Positions 1 through 7,703 of a DNA stretch of 46,923 nucleotides are shown here, one piece after another. The position numbers and the translations under genes were made by a program. The notes beneath the pieces are model-generated. The model was not told where the DNA came from. It worked only from the letters and a program-made list of their open reading frames with translations, and searched no databases. The stretch is from Candidatus Nomurabacteria bacterium (GTDB lineage: Bacteria; Patescibacteriota; Minisyncoccia; Phycocordibacterales; UBA9973). How positions within the stretch are numbered: the stretch's first letter is position 1; each line of letters begins with the position of its first letter. The stretch lies in NCBI GenBank assembly GCA_943354525.1, contig CALRCI010000001.1, positions 1-46,923 on the forward strand. Direction: 5' to 3'.

Positions 1-23
1 GAAGAGAATTCTGTTTGTGACAG

Positions 24-281
24 CTAGAGCTTGGGCTGCGTGACCGGTGTGTCTTTGAGGCTGGCGTCGGCGCTGGCATTGTCTGCATCGAGTGCATTCA
101 GACTTGCATCAGTGCTCGTAATATCCTGATTGAGTGCGGTATATGCTTGAGCCGACATCTGCGTGTTCGACGCTGTTGTTCGAGTATTCGAATTTTTGCG
201 AACGAGCAACCAGAGACCGAGAATAACGAGGGCTAAAAGGATGACAATCACGATAATACTGTTGTTTTTTTGTGTTTGCAT
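24..281 (-). CDS. hypothetical small membrane-anchored protein (85 aa)
   Basis: Intact ORF. N-terminal hydrophobic helix IIVIVILLALVILGLWLLV followed by a Ser/Thr/Ala/Asp-rich tail. No family recognised. Confidence 0.45.
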   Translation of the reverse strand: MQTQKNNSIIVIVILLALVILGLWLLVRKNSNTRTTASNTQMSAQAYTALNQDITSTDASLNALDADNASADASLKDTPVTQPKL

Positions 282-361
282 AAAGATTATGTGGATTAAC
301 TGGTAATGCTCCTATTATACTCCTAAGTGTCTAGAAGTTGCGATGTTTTTTACACAGGCCT

Positions 362-485
362 GAACCCGTTTTGCATGAGACATTTTCTCCTGCGGCACGC
401 ATAAAATTCTGCTGAATTTTTGCTCTGGCTCGGCTACCCGCCTGCGCGAGACCTCCGGAGAAAATGTCTCATGCAAAACGGGTTC
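362..485 (-). repeat. Family-1 clamp element, copy A: 29-bp perfect arms (362-390 / 457-485) around a 66-nt conserved core (391-456)
   Basis: GAACCCGTTTTGCATGAGACATTTTCTCC and its exact reverse complement flank a core that matches the core at 30748-30813 at 55/66 positions (hand alignment, reverse complement). Confidence 0.85.
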
Positions 486-500
486 CGAAAACTAGTAGTG

Positions 501-1226
501 TTACATCAACCGTGTAATGACGAAAATGAAGACGGTACCGAGCACCGTGAGACCGATCGTTCCGAGTGAACTATGCTTGCTGTGCGCTTCGGGCAAGATA
601 TCGGACGCGCCGATGTAGAGCAGGAATCCCGCGAAGAATCCGAGATACAGTACGAGGAAATGCGGCGAAACATGGAAGAGAAATGTTGAGAGGACGCCAG
701 CGACCGGAGTGAGCGCATCGAGGAGAAGAAACCATTTCGCGCGGCCGATGCTGTTCTTGTGCGTGAGCATGAGTGTGACCGTGTTCATGCCGTCAGTGAA
801 ATCATGGGCGATGACGGCGACGGCGACGAGTACGCCGACGGCTGGAGAGACTTGAAAGCCGAGACCGATACCGACACCATCCATGAAACTGTGTCCGGCA
901 ATGGCGATAGCTGAGGCGATGCCGACATGCGGATGTTTGTGATCGGCATATTCATCTTCATGCGCGTGATGGATGACGATGACTTTCTCGAGGATGTGGA
1001 AGACAAGGAATCCGGCAACGAGCGCAATCATTGACTGGATCGGATTGAATTGGTGTTCGGTCACGAGCTCGATGATTTCAGGAAAGATATCGAATGCCAC
1101 GACGCCAAGCAGGACGCCGGCGGCGAATCCCATGATGAGGTGCAGACGGTTCTTCTGATGTATCGAAAAAAGTCCGCCGAGCGAGGTGGAAATGAATGTG
1201 GCAACCGAGAGTAATATGGCTTCCAT
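501..1226 (-). CDS. ZIP family divalent-metal (zinc) transporter
   Basis: 241-aa polytopic ORF with ZIP signatures GHSFMDGVGIGLGF and HDFTDGMN and a His-rich loop HHAHEDEYADHKHPH. TGCTATGAT -10 box ends 6 nt before the ATG. Confidence 0.9.
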   Translation of the reverse strand: MEAILLSVATFISTSLGGLFSIHQKNRLHLIMGFAAGVLLGVVAFDIFPEIIELVTEHQFNPIQSMIALVAGFLVFHILEKVIVIHHAHEDEYADHKHPHVGIASAIAIAGHSFMDGVGIGLGFQVSPAVGVLVAVAVIAHDFTDGMNTVTLMLTHKNSIGRAKWFLLLDALTPVAGVLSTFLFHVSPHFLVLYLGFFAGFLLYIGASDILPEAHSKHSSLGTIGLTVLGTVFIFVITRLM

Positions 1227-1232
1227 ATCTCC

Positions 1233-1238
1233 ATCATA
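1233..1238 (-). promoter_or_regulatory. -10 box TGCTATGAT, 6 nt before ATG 1226
   Basis: Minus strand tgcTATGATggagatATG. Confidence 0.55.
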
Positions 1239-1305
1239 GCATACGCGTCAACCCCCAAATACCTAGATAATTGTGTACATCGTATTAAAAGACTGATGAA
1301 AGGAG

Positions 1306-1311
1306 TATACT
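1306..1311 (+). promoter_or_regulatory. -10 box TATACT, 6 nt before ATG 1318
   Basis: gagTATACTgaatgcATG. Confidence 0.55.
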
Positions 1312-1317
1312 GAATGC

Positions 1318-1986
1318 ATGGAACAATTAAAAAACAATAAAAAAGTTACCACTGTGATCGCCGTAGCAGTACTCATCATTATTGGCTGTGTCATCTTCAA
1401 GGCCCATCCAGTAACGGCGCCGGCGACTGGCAATCCAACCCTCGAACAGACAGTGTCCGACGGTACGATTACAGTCGGCTATCCGTCTGATTTCGGTCTC
1501 GCGAAAAATGCGACGCAGGTGCTCGTGCATGCCTACATTCCGCCGTGCGATGAGAATTTCGATTACTGTCTCTATTACAACGGCGCTGCATACACTGGAA
1601 CGAACTTCGAGAGCGCGGGGGTGCGTATTGCGAAGCGCGCCGATCTCGCTACGGCGAGTCTGTGCCTGCAAACACTTCCGAACGGTTACACCAGCGGACT
1701 GACGCCGAAGATCACCACCGGCTCTGATTATCAGACCAGCGTCTTCTCCCCGCTCGGCGATGGCGCCACCGGACATTATGCTTCTGGGGCGCTTTATCGC
1801 CTCGCCTACGGCAGCGCCTGTTATGAATTTGAAACGCGCATCGGAGAAACGCAATTTGCGAATTACCCCGCCGGTACAATACAAGAATTCACTACCGCTG
1901 ACCGTGCGGCCGTGCAAGCGAAACTCGATGCCATCGCAACTGGTGTGACGCTCCCCGGTGGCGGACATATCACGTTCGCGAAATAG
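1318..1986 (+). CDS. hypothetical membrane-anchored/secreted protein (222 aa)
   Basis: Intact ORF with N-terminal TM/signal anchor VTTVIAVAVLIIIGCVIF. TATACT box 6 nt upstream of the ATG. No family recognised. Confidence 0.6.
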   Translation: MEQLKNNKKVTTVIAVAVLIIIGCVIFKAHPVTAPATGNPTLEQTVSDGTITVGYPSDFGLAKNATQVLVHAYIPPCDENFDYCLYYNGAAYTGTNFESAGVRIAKRADLATASLCLQTLPNGYTSGLTPKITTGSDYQTSVFSPLGDGATGHYASGALYRLAYGSACYEFETRIGETQFANYPAGTIQEFTTADRAAVQAKLDAIATGVTLPGGGHITFAK

Positions 1987-1991
1987 CCGCC

Positions 1992-2147
1992 TCCCACAAA
2001 AAATAAATTAGATTTGGTTTTAGTGAGTCCGAGCAACCTTACTACCAGATACTTTTTTATATTCTCCGAGTCTTGCACGGAACGAATACTCAACGTATAC
2101 AGTATCGTTGCGACTCTAAAACCAAATCTAATTTATTTTTTGTGGGA
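1992..2147 (-). repeat. Family-2 clamp element, copy 1: 32-bp perfect arms (1992-2023 / 2116-2147) around a 92-nt core (2024-2115)
   Basis: TCCCACAAAAAATAAATTAGATTTGGTTTTAG and its exact reverse complement. Core reverse complement aligns without gaps to 43626-43717. Confidence 0.85.
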
Positions 2148-2161
2148 TATCTATAATCCCT

Positions 2162-2197
2162 AATAGAAAAATCCGGCCTAAGCCGGATTTTTCTATT
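2162..2197. terminator. 16-bp perfect hairpin terminator after the SWIB gene
   Basis: AATAGAAAAATCCGGC-ctaa-GCCGGATTTTTCTATT with A/T runs on both sides. Confidence 0.8.
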
Positions 2198-2203
2198 TGT
2201 GTA

Positions 2204-2461
2204 TTATGAAAGATGTTTTGAGACGAGCTTGGTCATTTCAAACATATTGACCATGGCCTTGCCACCGAACACTGCCTTCAATTTTTCATCGGCGAGAATG
2301 TTGCGTTTTGCCTTCGGATCCTGAAGATTGTGCTTCTTAATATAAACCCAGAGCGCCTTGACGACTTCTGAGCGAGGCATCGGACCCTTACCGACGACTG
2401 CTTCGAGTTCGGCAGTGAGTTTCATCGGCTTCATAAATGCAGAATTTGCTTTTGCTGGCAT
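2204..2461 (-). CDS. SWIB/MDM2 domain protein (85 aa)
   Basis: Sequence ...LEAVVGKGPMPRSEVVKALWVYIKKHNLQDPKAKRNILADEKLKAVFG... matches the SWIB/MDM2 fold signature as I know it. Confidence 0.8.
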   Translation of the reverse strand: MPAKANSAFMKPMKLTAELEAVVGKGPMPRSEVVKALWVYIKKHNLQDPKAKRNILADEKLKAVFGGKAMVNMFEMTKLVSKHLS

Positions 2462-2534
2462 ATGTATATTCTTTTAATTGATAATAGCTATACTCCCCGT
2501 ATTCTAGCATTCCCTAGGGGAAACACCATAGGGG

Positions 2535-2930
2535 CTACCTGTTGAGAAAAGTAATGGTCAATTGGAGGACAGTCGCAAACGAAACCCAGAGGAAATACGG
2601 GATCTGCATATAGGTCACCCACTTGATATGCGGATAGACGGCTACCATGGCCCAGATGAGCGTGGCGAGTACGAGAATGACGTCGGCTGCGGCCAAATAA
2701 TTATTTTTTAGACCGAATTGGAGATAGGTGAACGAGAAATTGAAGACGAGATTAAGCACGAACGGCAGCGCAACCATCCATGGCAGTTGCCTTTTGAAGA
2801 CTGCGAGAAAAACCTTGCCGAATGAAATCGCAATCAACACAAACAGGACGATCCACACCGGCCCGAACAACCACGCCGGCGGTGCCCATGAAGGTTTGAG
2901 TAATGTTTGATACCAAGAAGCTGTTTGCAT
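2535..2930 (-). CDS. tspO: TspO/MBR family (tryptophan-rich sensory protein), short form (131 aa)
   Basis: N-terminus WYQTLLKPSWAPPAWLFGPVWIVLFVLIA is the typical TspO motif. Multi-TM and Trp-rich. Confidence 0.75.
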   Translation of the reverse strand: MQTASWYQTLLKPSWAPPAWLFGPVWIVLFVLIAISFGKVFLAVFKRQLPWMVALPFVLNLVFNFSFTYLQFGLKNNYLAAADVILVLATLIWAMVAVYPHIKWVTYMQIPYFLWVSFATVLQLTITFLNR

Positions 2931-2943
2931 AGGGGTAAAAATT

Positions 2944-5256
2944 TTAGAGTCCGGTAATCACGCGCACTGCATGCTGAGTTTTTGGACCAAATGCGCCGTT
3001 AGCCGGAGTCACGCCGTACTTCTTCTGAAATGTTTTCACTGCATTACTCGTGCTGCGTTCGTAGCGTCCGGTAATCTTGCCACCATAACTTCCTTCGTGC
3101 GCGAGAAAGCGCTGGAGATCAGTGACAGCTGGCGTAACATGCCCAATATGAAGATTTCTCTCGAAGAGCTCGAGATCTCTGGGTATTTCGAGTATTACTG
3201 CGTTCTGCGAAAGTATGTGCAATTTCTTCTGCGTCGCCGTGTCAGTGATTCCAGTAACCATGAGATTATGCTTGGTTTGGAATCGCTTGAGTGCAGCTTC
3301 AGTCATCGGACCGAAATATCCAGTAATATACCCTTCGGGATATACATTTGAATCGGCAGCTAAAACTTCCTGCAGATGCGCGACTTCGATATCACGCGCG
3401 CCTTGTTTCAAAATCTCGACGAAATGTTTGACCGTGGTCACCGGCACGATTTCAGGAATTTTTTCCACGATGACTTCTTTGTTCTTGGCCGTCGGCATCA
3501 CTGCAATCTCTATCGGACGAGAATAATGCAGACCGGCATCGTAGGCATAGAGCGTGTAGTAATACGTCGTGCCGTTCGTAAGACCGGTATCGGTGAATGT
3601 ATCTGCGCCGCCGTCATAAACTTTTGTGCCTTCGAAAGGCGAGATGGCATATCGGCCTTCCATGCGCACTAATCTGATTTTTACCGTCGACGAATGCGCG
3701 GGTTTCGTCCACGAGAAGATGACTTGGTTCTCGGCACCGACGGCGAAGAGCAGTGTGGGTTGGCCGATGACGGAACTATCGATTGTGTGTGGTGGCAATC
3801 GCCCACCTGCATACACGGATGGAATAATCTTCACTTCTGAAATAACTGGAGACGGTATAGTGGAACCCTGAGGCGCGTTGGATGTAGTAAAAGAATAATT
3901 TTCTGAATACGTTATGTTGCCCGCTTCATCAATGACTTTCACACGATAGTGGTACAACGTTGCCGGTTGTAGTCCGCTCACTGGAAACGTATGGCTCATC
4001 GTCGCAGTGTCCGCCAAGGCAGTGGCCTGTCCGTATTCTGTCGTCGTACCGTATTCTACTTGCCCGCGTGTCGCTTTATCGGTCGCAGCAGAGATATTCA
4101 CGGCACTCGGACTGACAAGACTATATGAAACGGCGATGATATTTGCTGGAGCGATGACTGGTACCGGTGCGGCAAGCGTATTGAAATCATGGAGCGCTGA
4201 GACTGTCGCAGTACTCGCACCGCCAGCCTTGGACTTCACTTTGAAATAATAATTTGTGTTCGGCGTGAGTCCGGTAAGCGTGATCTGGTGTGCGGTTTTG
4301 AGTGTGGCATCAATTGATGACGAAGTGCCGAGCGCAGAACTCTCACCGTATGTAACTTGGGAATCGGCGGCAATATCAGTCGTCCATGCGATTGTGGCAC
4401 TCGTCTCAGTCACGTCAGTCACTTCTACTCCGGAAATGACTGCTGAAGGAGCAGGTGCTGGTGTCGTGTCTGCGGGAGGAGTTTCCGGTTCGGGTTCAGG
4501 CTCAGGAGCCGGTGCAGATACGTCAGTCAGTGTCGTAAATGAATTATCGGAAGAGTATCCGACGTTGCCCGCGCCGTCGGCCGAGACAACGCGATAATGA
4601 TAGACGGTGTCAGGCATGAGACCGGAGAGCGATGCTGTGTGATCGGTTGTGTACGCAGTATCGAGGGACGTCTGCGAGCCATAGTCAGGCGTCATACCGT
4701 ATTCGACATAACCATCGGCGACTTCATCGGTCGTCCAGCCGATATCGGCAGAGTTTTTCGTGATATTGGAAACAGAAACTTCGGTGACCGTCGGCGGATT
4801 AGTGTCAGCCGGAGTCTCTTCGGCGGCAGTTGTGAATGAGTGACCGCAGGAACGTGAAGTATTCTTCGATCCATCAGTCGCCGTGATGCAATAATAGTAA
4901 ATCGTATCCGGCGTGAGACCCATAATCGTCGTCGTGTGCATCGTCGTCTGGCTTGCACCGAGATCCGCAGTCGTGCCATAACTTTCGGTCAAACCGTATT
5001 CGAATGTCGATGTCGCCAATTCATCCGTCGTCCACATGAATGTCGCATCGGTTGGCGAAACACTCGCCTGCATGACGTCGGAAATAACTGGCGGCGTAGT
5101 GTCGGCCGGGGTAACCGTATCCATGGCCGGTTCAGTGTCAGCGGACGGAGAAGTCGCATCTGCGGGAGCAGACATATCAGAAAGTTGGGCAAATACCGGC
5201 ATGACATTCATCAGCGAAAAACTGAAAATCATAAAGAACGAAAAGATTTTTTTCAT
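2944..5256 (-). CDS. secreted multi-fibronectin-type-III protein with two C-terminal peptidoglycan-binding repeats (770 aa)
   Basis: Signal peptide MKKIFSFFMIFSFSLMNVMPVFA. At least 5 FN3-like repeats (PDTIYYYCITATD, PDTVYHYRVVSAD, PNTNYYFKVKSKA, PATLYHYRVKVID, GTTYYYTLYAYD). PEPEPEPE linker. Two PG_binding_1-like units (...GYFGPMTEAALKRFQTKHNL..., ...TSNAVKTFQKKYGVTPANGAFGPKT...). Confidence 0.85.
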   Translation of the reverse strand: MKKIFSFFMIFSFSLMNVMPVFAQLSDMSAPADATSPSADTEPAMDTVTPADTTPPVISDVMQASVSPTDATFMWTTDELATSTFEYGLTESYGTTADLGASQTTMHTTTIMGLTPDTIYYYCITATDGSKNTSRSCGHSFTTAAEETPADTNPPTVTEVSVSNITKNSADIGWTTDEVADGYVEYGMTPDYGSQTSLDTAYTTDHTASLSGLMPDTVYHYRVVSADGAGNVGYSSDNSFTTLTDVSAPAPEPEPEPETPPADTTPAPAPSAVISGVEVTDVTETSATIAWTTDIAADSQVTYGESSALGTSSSIDATLKTAHQITLTGLTPNTNYYFKVKSKAGGASTATVSALHDFNTLAAPVPVIAPANIIAVSYSLVSPSAVNISAATDKATRGQVEYGTTTEYGQATALADTATMSHTFPVSGLQPATLYHYRVKVIDEAGNITYSENYSFTTSNAPQGSTIPSPVISEVKIIPSVYAGGRLPPHTIDSSVIGQPTLLFAVGAENQVIFSWTKPAHSSTVKIRLVRMEGRYAISPFEGTKVYDGGADTFTDTGLTNGTTYYYTLYAYDAGLHYSRPIEIAVMPTAKNKEVIVEKIPEIVPVTTVKHFVEILKQGARDIEVAHLQEVLAADSNVYPEGYITGYFGPMTEAALKRFQTKHNLMVTGITDTATQKKLHILSQNAVILEIPRDLELFERNLHIGHVTPAVTDLQRFLAHEGSYGGKITGRYERSTSNAVKTFQKKYGVTPANGAFGPKTQHAVRVITGL

Positions 5257-5275
5257 ACAATGTTTTTAAACTAAT

Positions 5276-5308
5276 AAGTACCTTCAGTGTACATCACTGA
5301 AGGTACTT
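5276..5308 (-). terminator. 14-bp hairpin after the VOC gene
   Basis: AAGTACCTTCAGTG-tacat-CACTGAAGGTACTT. Confidence 0.7.
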
Positions 5309-5325
5309 CTGTCTGAGGATAAGTA

Positions 5326-5730
5326 TTACTTCGCGTTCGGGTCAGTTTGATGCAAGCCGAACGTATTACCTTCCGTATCGAGGAAATATCCCTGCCAGGC
5401 CATGTTGCCGATGGCGAATTTTGGCATCGCCACTCGGCCGCCCGCCGACAAAATTTTCTCGGCTGCTTGGTCAAAGTTTTCTACTTGGACCGTACAGACG
5501 TACGCATTTGATCCCTGACCCGCTGCCGGCGCTGGACATGGCCGTTTGAGCATTCCGCCGTTTATTCCGGGCTCTTTGCTGTCCATGGGAGCGGTCATGA
5601 TACCGGCATAGGGCGTTCCCGTCGTCGCCGACCAGTCCACATAGTCCCATCCGAAGACATCCTTATAAAACTTCTGCGCCCGCTCCATATCATCCACTTG
5701 TATTTCAAAATGCACTACTCTGTTTAACAT
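5326..5730 (-). CDS. VOC (glyoxalase/bleomycin-resistance/dioxygenase) family protein
   Basis: 134 aa. N-terminus VVHFEIQVDDMERAQKFYKDVFGWD is typical of the VOC fold. Confidence 0.8.
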   Translation of the reverse strand: MLNRVVHFEIQVDDMERAQKFYKDVFGWDYVDWSATTGTPYAGIMTAPMDSKEPGINGGMLKRPCPAPAAGQGSNAYVCTVQVENFDQAAEKILSAGGRVAMPKFAIGNMAWQGYFLDTEGNTFGLHQTDPNAK

Positions 5731-5814
5731 TTGATTTTACGAAATCATGTCGCGCAACCGTCCATTAAAGCGAGACACGATTTATTGATTATTGATAATT
5801 GGTTATTTGTTATT

Positions 5815-6339
5815 TTATCTGATTCCCGTGTCGATGTCGAAATTCACCGTCGTCGTGTTAAATGAACTCACTACTGCTTTCTTCTTCTCGCCTGCGCCGA
5901 TGCCGGCTGGTTGGATCTGAAGGAAGTACGTTCCCGGACCGAGCGCGATCTTGTAATTACCGCTCGCATCAAGCGCTACAGATTCTTTGACTGTCGTGGC
6001 ATTCGATTCGTACACGATCACACTGCGTGATGTATATGCTTCCGGTGGCACCTGGCACGGATGTCCCATTTGTTCGACCGGACAAAACGGTCCGATCGTG
6101 ACGTGTCCACTGACATACCCTGCCGCAATTCTGCCATCACTCGGAGTCGGACACGCGGCGAATTCACATGTCGGTCCGACTCTGCCCACTGCCGATCCAT
6201 CCGGACAAATCTTCGCTTCCATCGAACACGCCACCTGTCCACCACCAGACGCAGGATCATGCTTCTGTGTCGCGAACACAACCGCTCCGACAAGAGCTAC
6301 TGCTAATATGATACCTATGAGATTTTTTGAATTAGTCAT
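5815..6339 (-). CDS. hypothetical membrane-anchored protein with Cys-rich stalk and beta-sandwich-like C-terminus (174 aa)
   Basis: N-terminal anchor LIGIILAVALVGAVVFA, Cys-rich segment CSMEAKICPDGSAVGRVGPTCEFAACP. TGCTATACT box 6 nt upstream of the ATG. Confidence 0.6.
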   Translation of the reverse strand: MTNSKNLIGIILAVALVGAVVFATQKHDPASGGGQVACSMEAKICPDGSAVGRVGPTCEFAACPTPSDGRIAAGYVSGHVTIGPFCPVEQMGHPCQVPPEAYTSRSVIVYESNATTVKESVALDASGNYKIALGPGTYFLQIQPAGIGAGEKKKAVVSSFNTTTVNFDIDTGIR

Positions 6340-6345
6340 ATAGTA

Positions 6346-6351
6346 AGTATA
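6346..6351 (-). promoter_or_regulatory. -10 box TGCTATACT, 6 nt before ATG 6339
   Basis: Minus strand tgcTATACTtactatATG. Confidence 0.6.
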
Positions 6352-6415
6352 GCATTGTAAACGCTTAAGTATTTTTGGGGAGGCTCGGAGATTAGACTCT
6401 GATTCGTAATAACGC

Positions 6416-6421
6416 TATACT
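6416..6421 (+). promoter_or_regulatory. -10 box TATACT, 6 nt before ATG 6428
   Basis: cgcTATACTtgaggtATG. Confidence 0.55.
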
Positions 6422-6427
6422 TGAGGT

Positions 6428-7060
6428 ATGTTATTTCATACATCAAACAAAGTGACAGATGCAGGGCGGGCGCAGGGAGTAGCGGAAGTGCTGGAGAATG
6501 CCAAGCCGGACAGTGATTTCTATATATTGGTCGTCGGAGCAATACTGCTCGCGGCGAGCGGAATATTGCTCGACAGCATTCCGGTGCTCATTGCGAGCAT
6601 GGTTGTTGCACCGCTCATGTGGCCGATTCTCGGACTCTCGCTCGGCATCAATTCCGGCGACACGAAGCTCATCGGCCGTTCCCTTTCCATGCTCGTCATA
6701 TCTATGATTGTGGCGCTCGGTGTGTCCGCGCTCGGCGCACATATCGCACTGCAGTATTTCGGCTGGAATCTCCAAGGCATCTTCATCTCCTTCTCGCCGA
6801 ATTATTTCTTTGACGTCTTCATTGCCGTGATTTCCGGCGCGATTGCGGCCTACGGGTTGGTGCGGACCAAAGTCGGCGGTGCGATGACTGGCATCGGTAT
6901 CGCCGTCTCGCTCATGCCGCCGCTCGTGGCAACCGGGATCGGACTGGTTACGTCAAAAATACTTTCAGAGAGCGCATTGATGATATTCGCGCTCAACGTT
7001 CTCGGCATTCTCATCGCCAGCTGTATCACATTCGCCATTCTCAAAGTTAAAAGCAAATAA
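6428..7060 (+). CDS. DUF389-like integral membrane protein (210 aa)
   Basis: Segment ILLDSIPVLIASMVVAPLMWPILGLSLGI resembles the DUF389/TIGR00341 core motif. Several TM helices. TATACT box 6 nt upstream of the ATG. Confidence 0.6.
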   Translation: MLFHTSNKVTDAGRAQGVAEVLENAKPDSDFYILVVGAILLAASGILLDSIPVLIASMVVAPLMWPILGLSLGINSGDTKLIGRSLSMLVISMIVALGVSALGAHIALQYFGWNLQGIFISFSPNYFFDVFIAVISGAIAAYGLVRTKVGGAMTGIGIAVSLMPPLVATGIGLVTSKILSESALMIFALNVLGILIASCITFAILKVKSK

Positions 7061-7097
7061 GCATAAAAAAATCCCGATGATCGGGATTTTTTTATGC
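7061..7097. terminator. bidirectional 17-bp hairpin between the DUF389 gene and mscL
   Basis: GCATAAAAAAATCCCGA-tga-TCGGGATTTTTTTATGC. Ends 1 nt before the mscL stop codon. Confidence 0.85.
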
Positions 7098-7388
7098 TTA
7101 TTTCGCTTCGAGTTTGAAGAGTTTCCGTGCGATAACGAAGACGATAATCGCGAGAATGAGGAAGTTGAGGAATGCGGCGAGAAATGAGCCGTACGCGAGA
7201 TGAACTGAGCCCATCGAGAGTGTGGCTTCTTTCCACGATTCCGAGCCAAAGATCGGTGCGAGAAGCGGCATGACTATATCGTTGACAAACGAGGTCACAA
7301 GGGTGGTCGCGGCAGCACCCATGACAAATGCGATGGCGAGAGAAATAATCTTGTATTCTCGGAGGAATTGTGCAAATTCTTTGATCAT
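7098..7388 (-). CDS. mscL: large-conductance mechanosensitive channel MscL, short form (96 aa)
   Basis: N-terminus MIKEFAQFLREYKIISLAIAFVMGAAATTLVTSFVNDIVMPLLAPIFG is the MscL TM1 signature. The C-terminal helical bundle is largely absent. Confidence 0.85.
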   Translation of the reverse strand: MIKEFAQFLREYKIISLAIAFVMGAAATTLVTSFVNDIVMPLLAPIFGSESWKEATLSMGSVHLAYGSFLAAFLNFLILAIIVFVIARKLFKLEAK

Positions 7389-7391
7389 AGA

Positions 7392-7652
7392 TTATGCCTT
7401 GTGGAATTTATTCCAGATGAGGGCAAAGACCGAACTGATGATGTAACCCATGACGAATGCGATGGCGATGAGGCCGATGGCGCGCGGAAGTGAGAAGGTC
7501 GCGACCATATACGGATTCTGCATGAAGTGCATCTGGTAAACGAAATCCATGAGCGACTGTCCCCAGCCGAGAGCGACGATAATCGACCACACGAGATGGA
7601 GCACTGCGGCAAACGTACCGAACGTGAGCGCGAATTTTTGTCTGTGAATCAT
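7392..7652 (-). CDS. hypothetical small membrane protein (86 aa)
   Basis: Intact ORF with 3 predicted TM helices, 3 nt upstream of mscL (probable operon). Confidence 0.5.
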   Translation of the reverse strand: MIHRQKFALTFGTFAAVLHLVWSIIVALGWGQSLMDFVYQMHFMQNPYMVATFSLPRAIGLIAIAFVMGYIISSVFALIWNKFHKA

Positions 7653-7703
7653 AAAAATTATTTTATAATTGATAATACTTATAGTATATCAAGTCTTGAG
7701 AAA

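Noticed and set aside
1327-1968. 213-aa minus-strand ORF
   Set aside because: Antisense to the 222-aa plus-strand ORF. The plus-strand ORF has a signal anchor and a TATACT-N6-ATG promoter; the antisense frame is Arg/Gly-rich shadow sequence.
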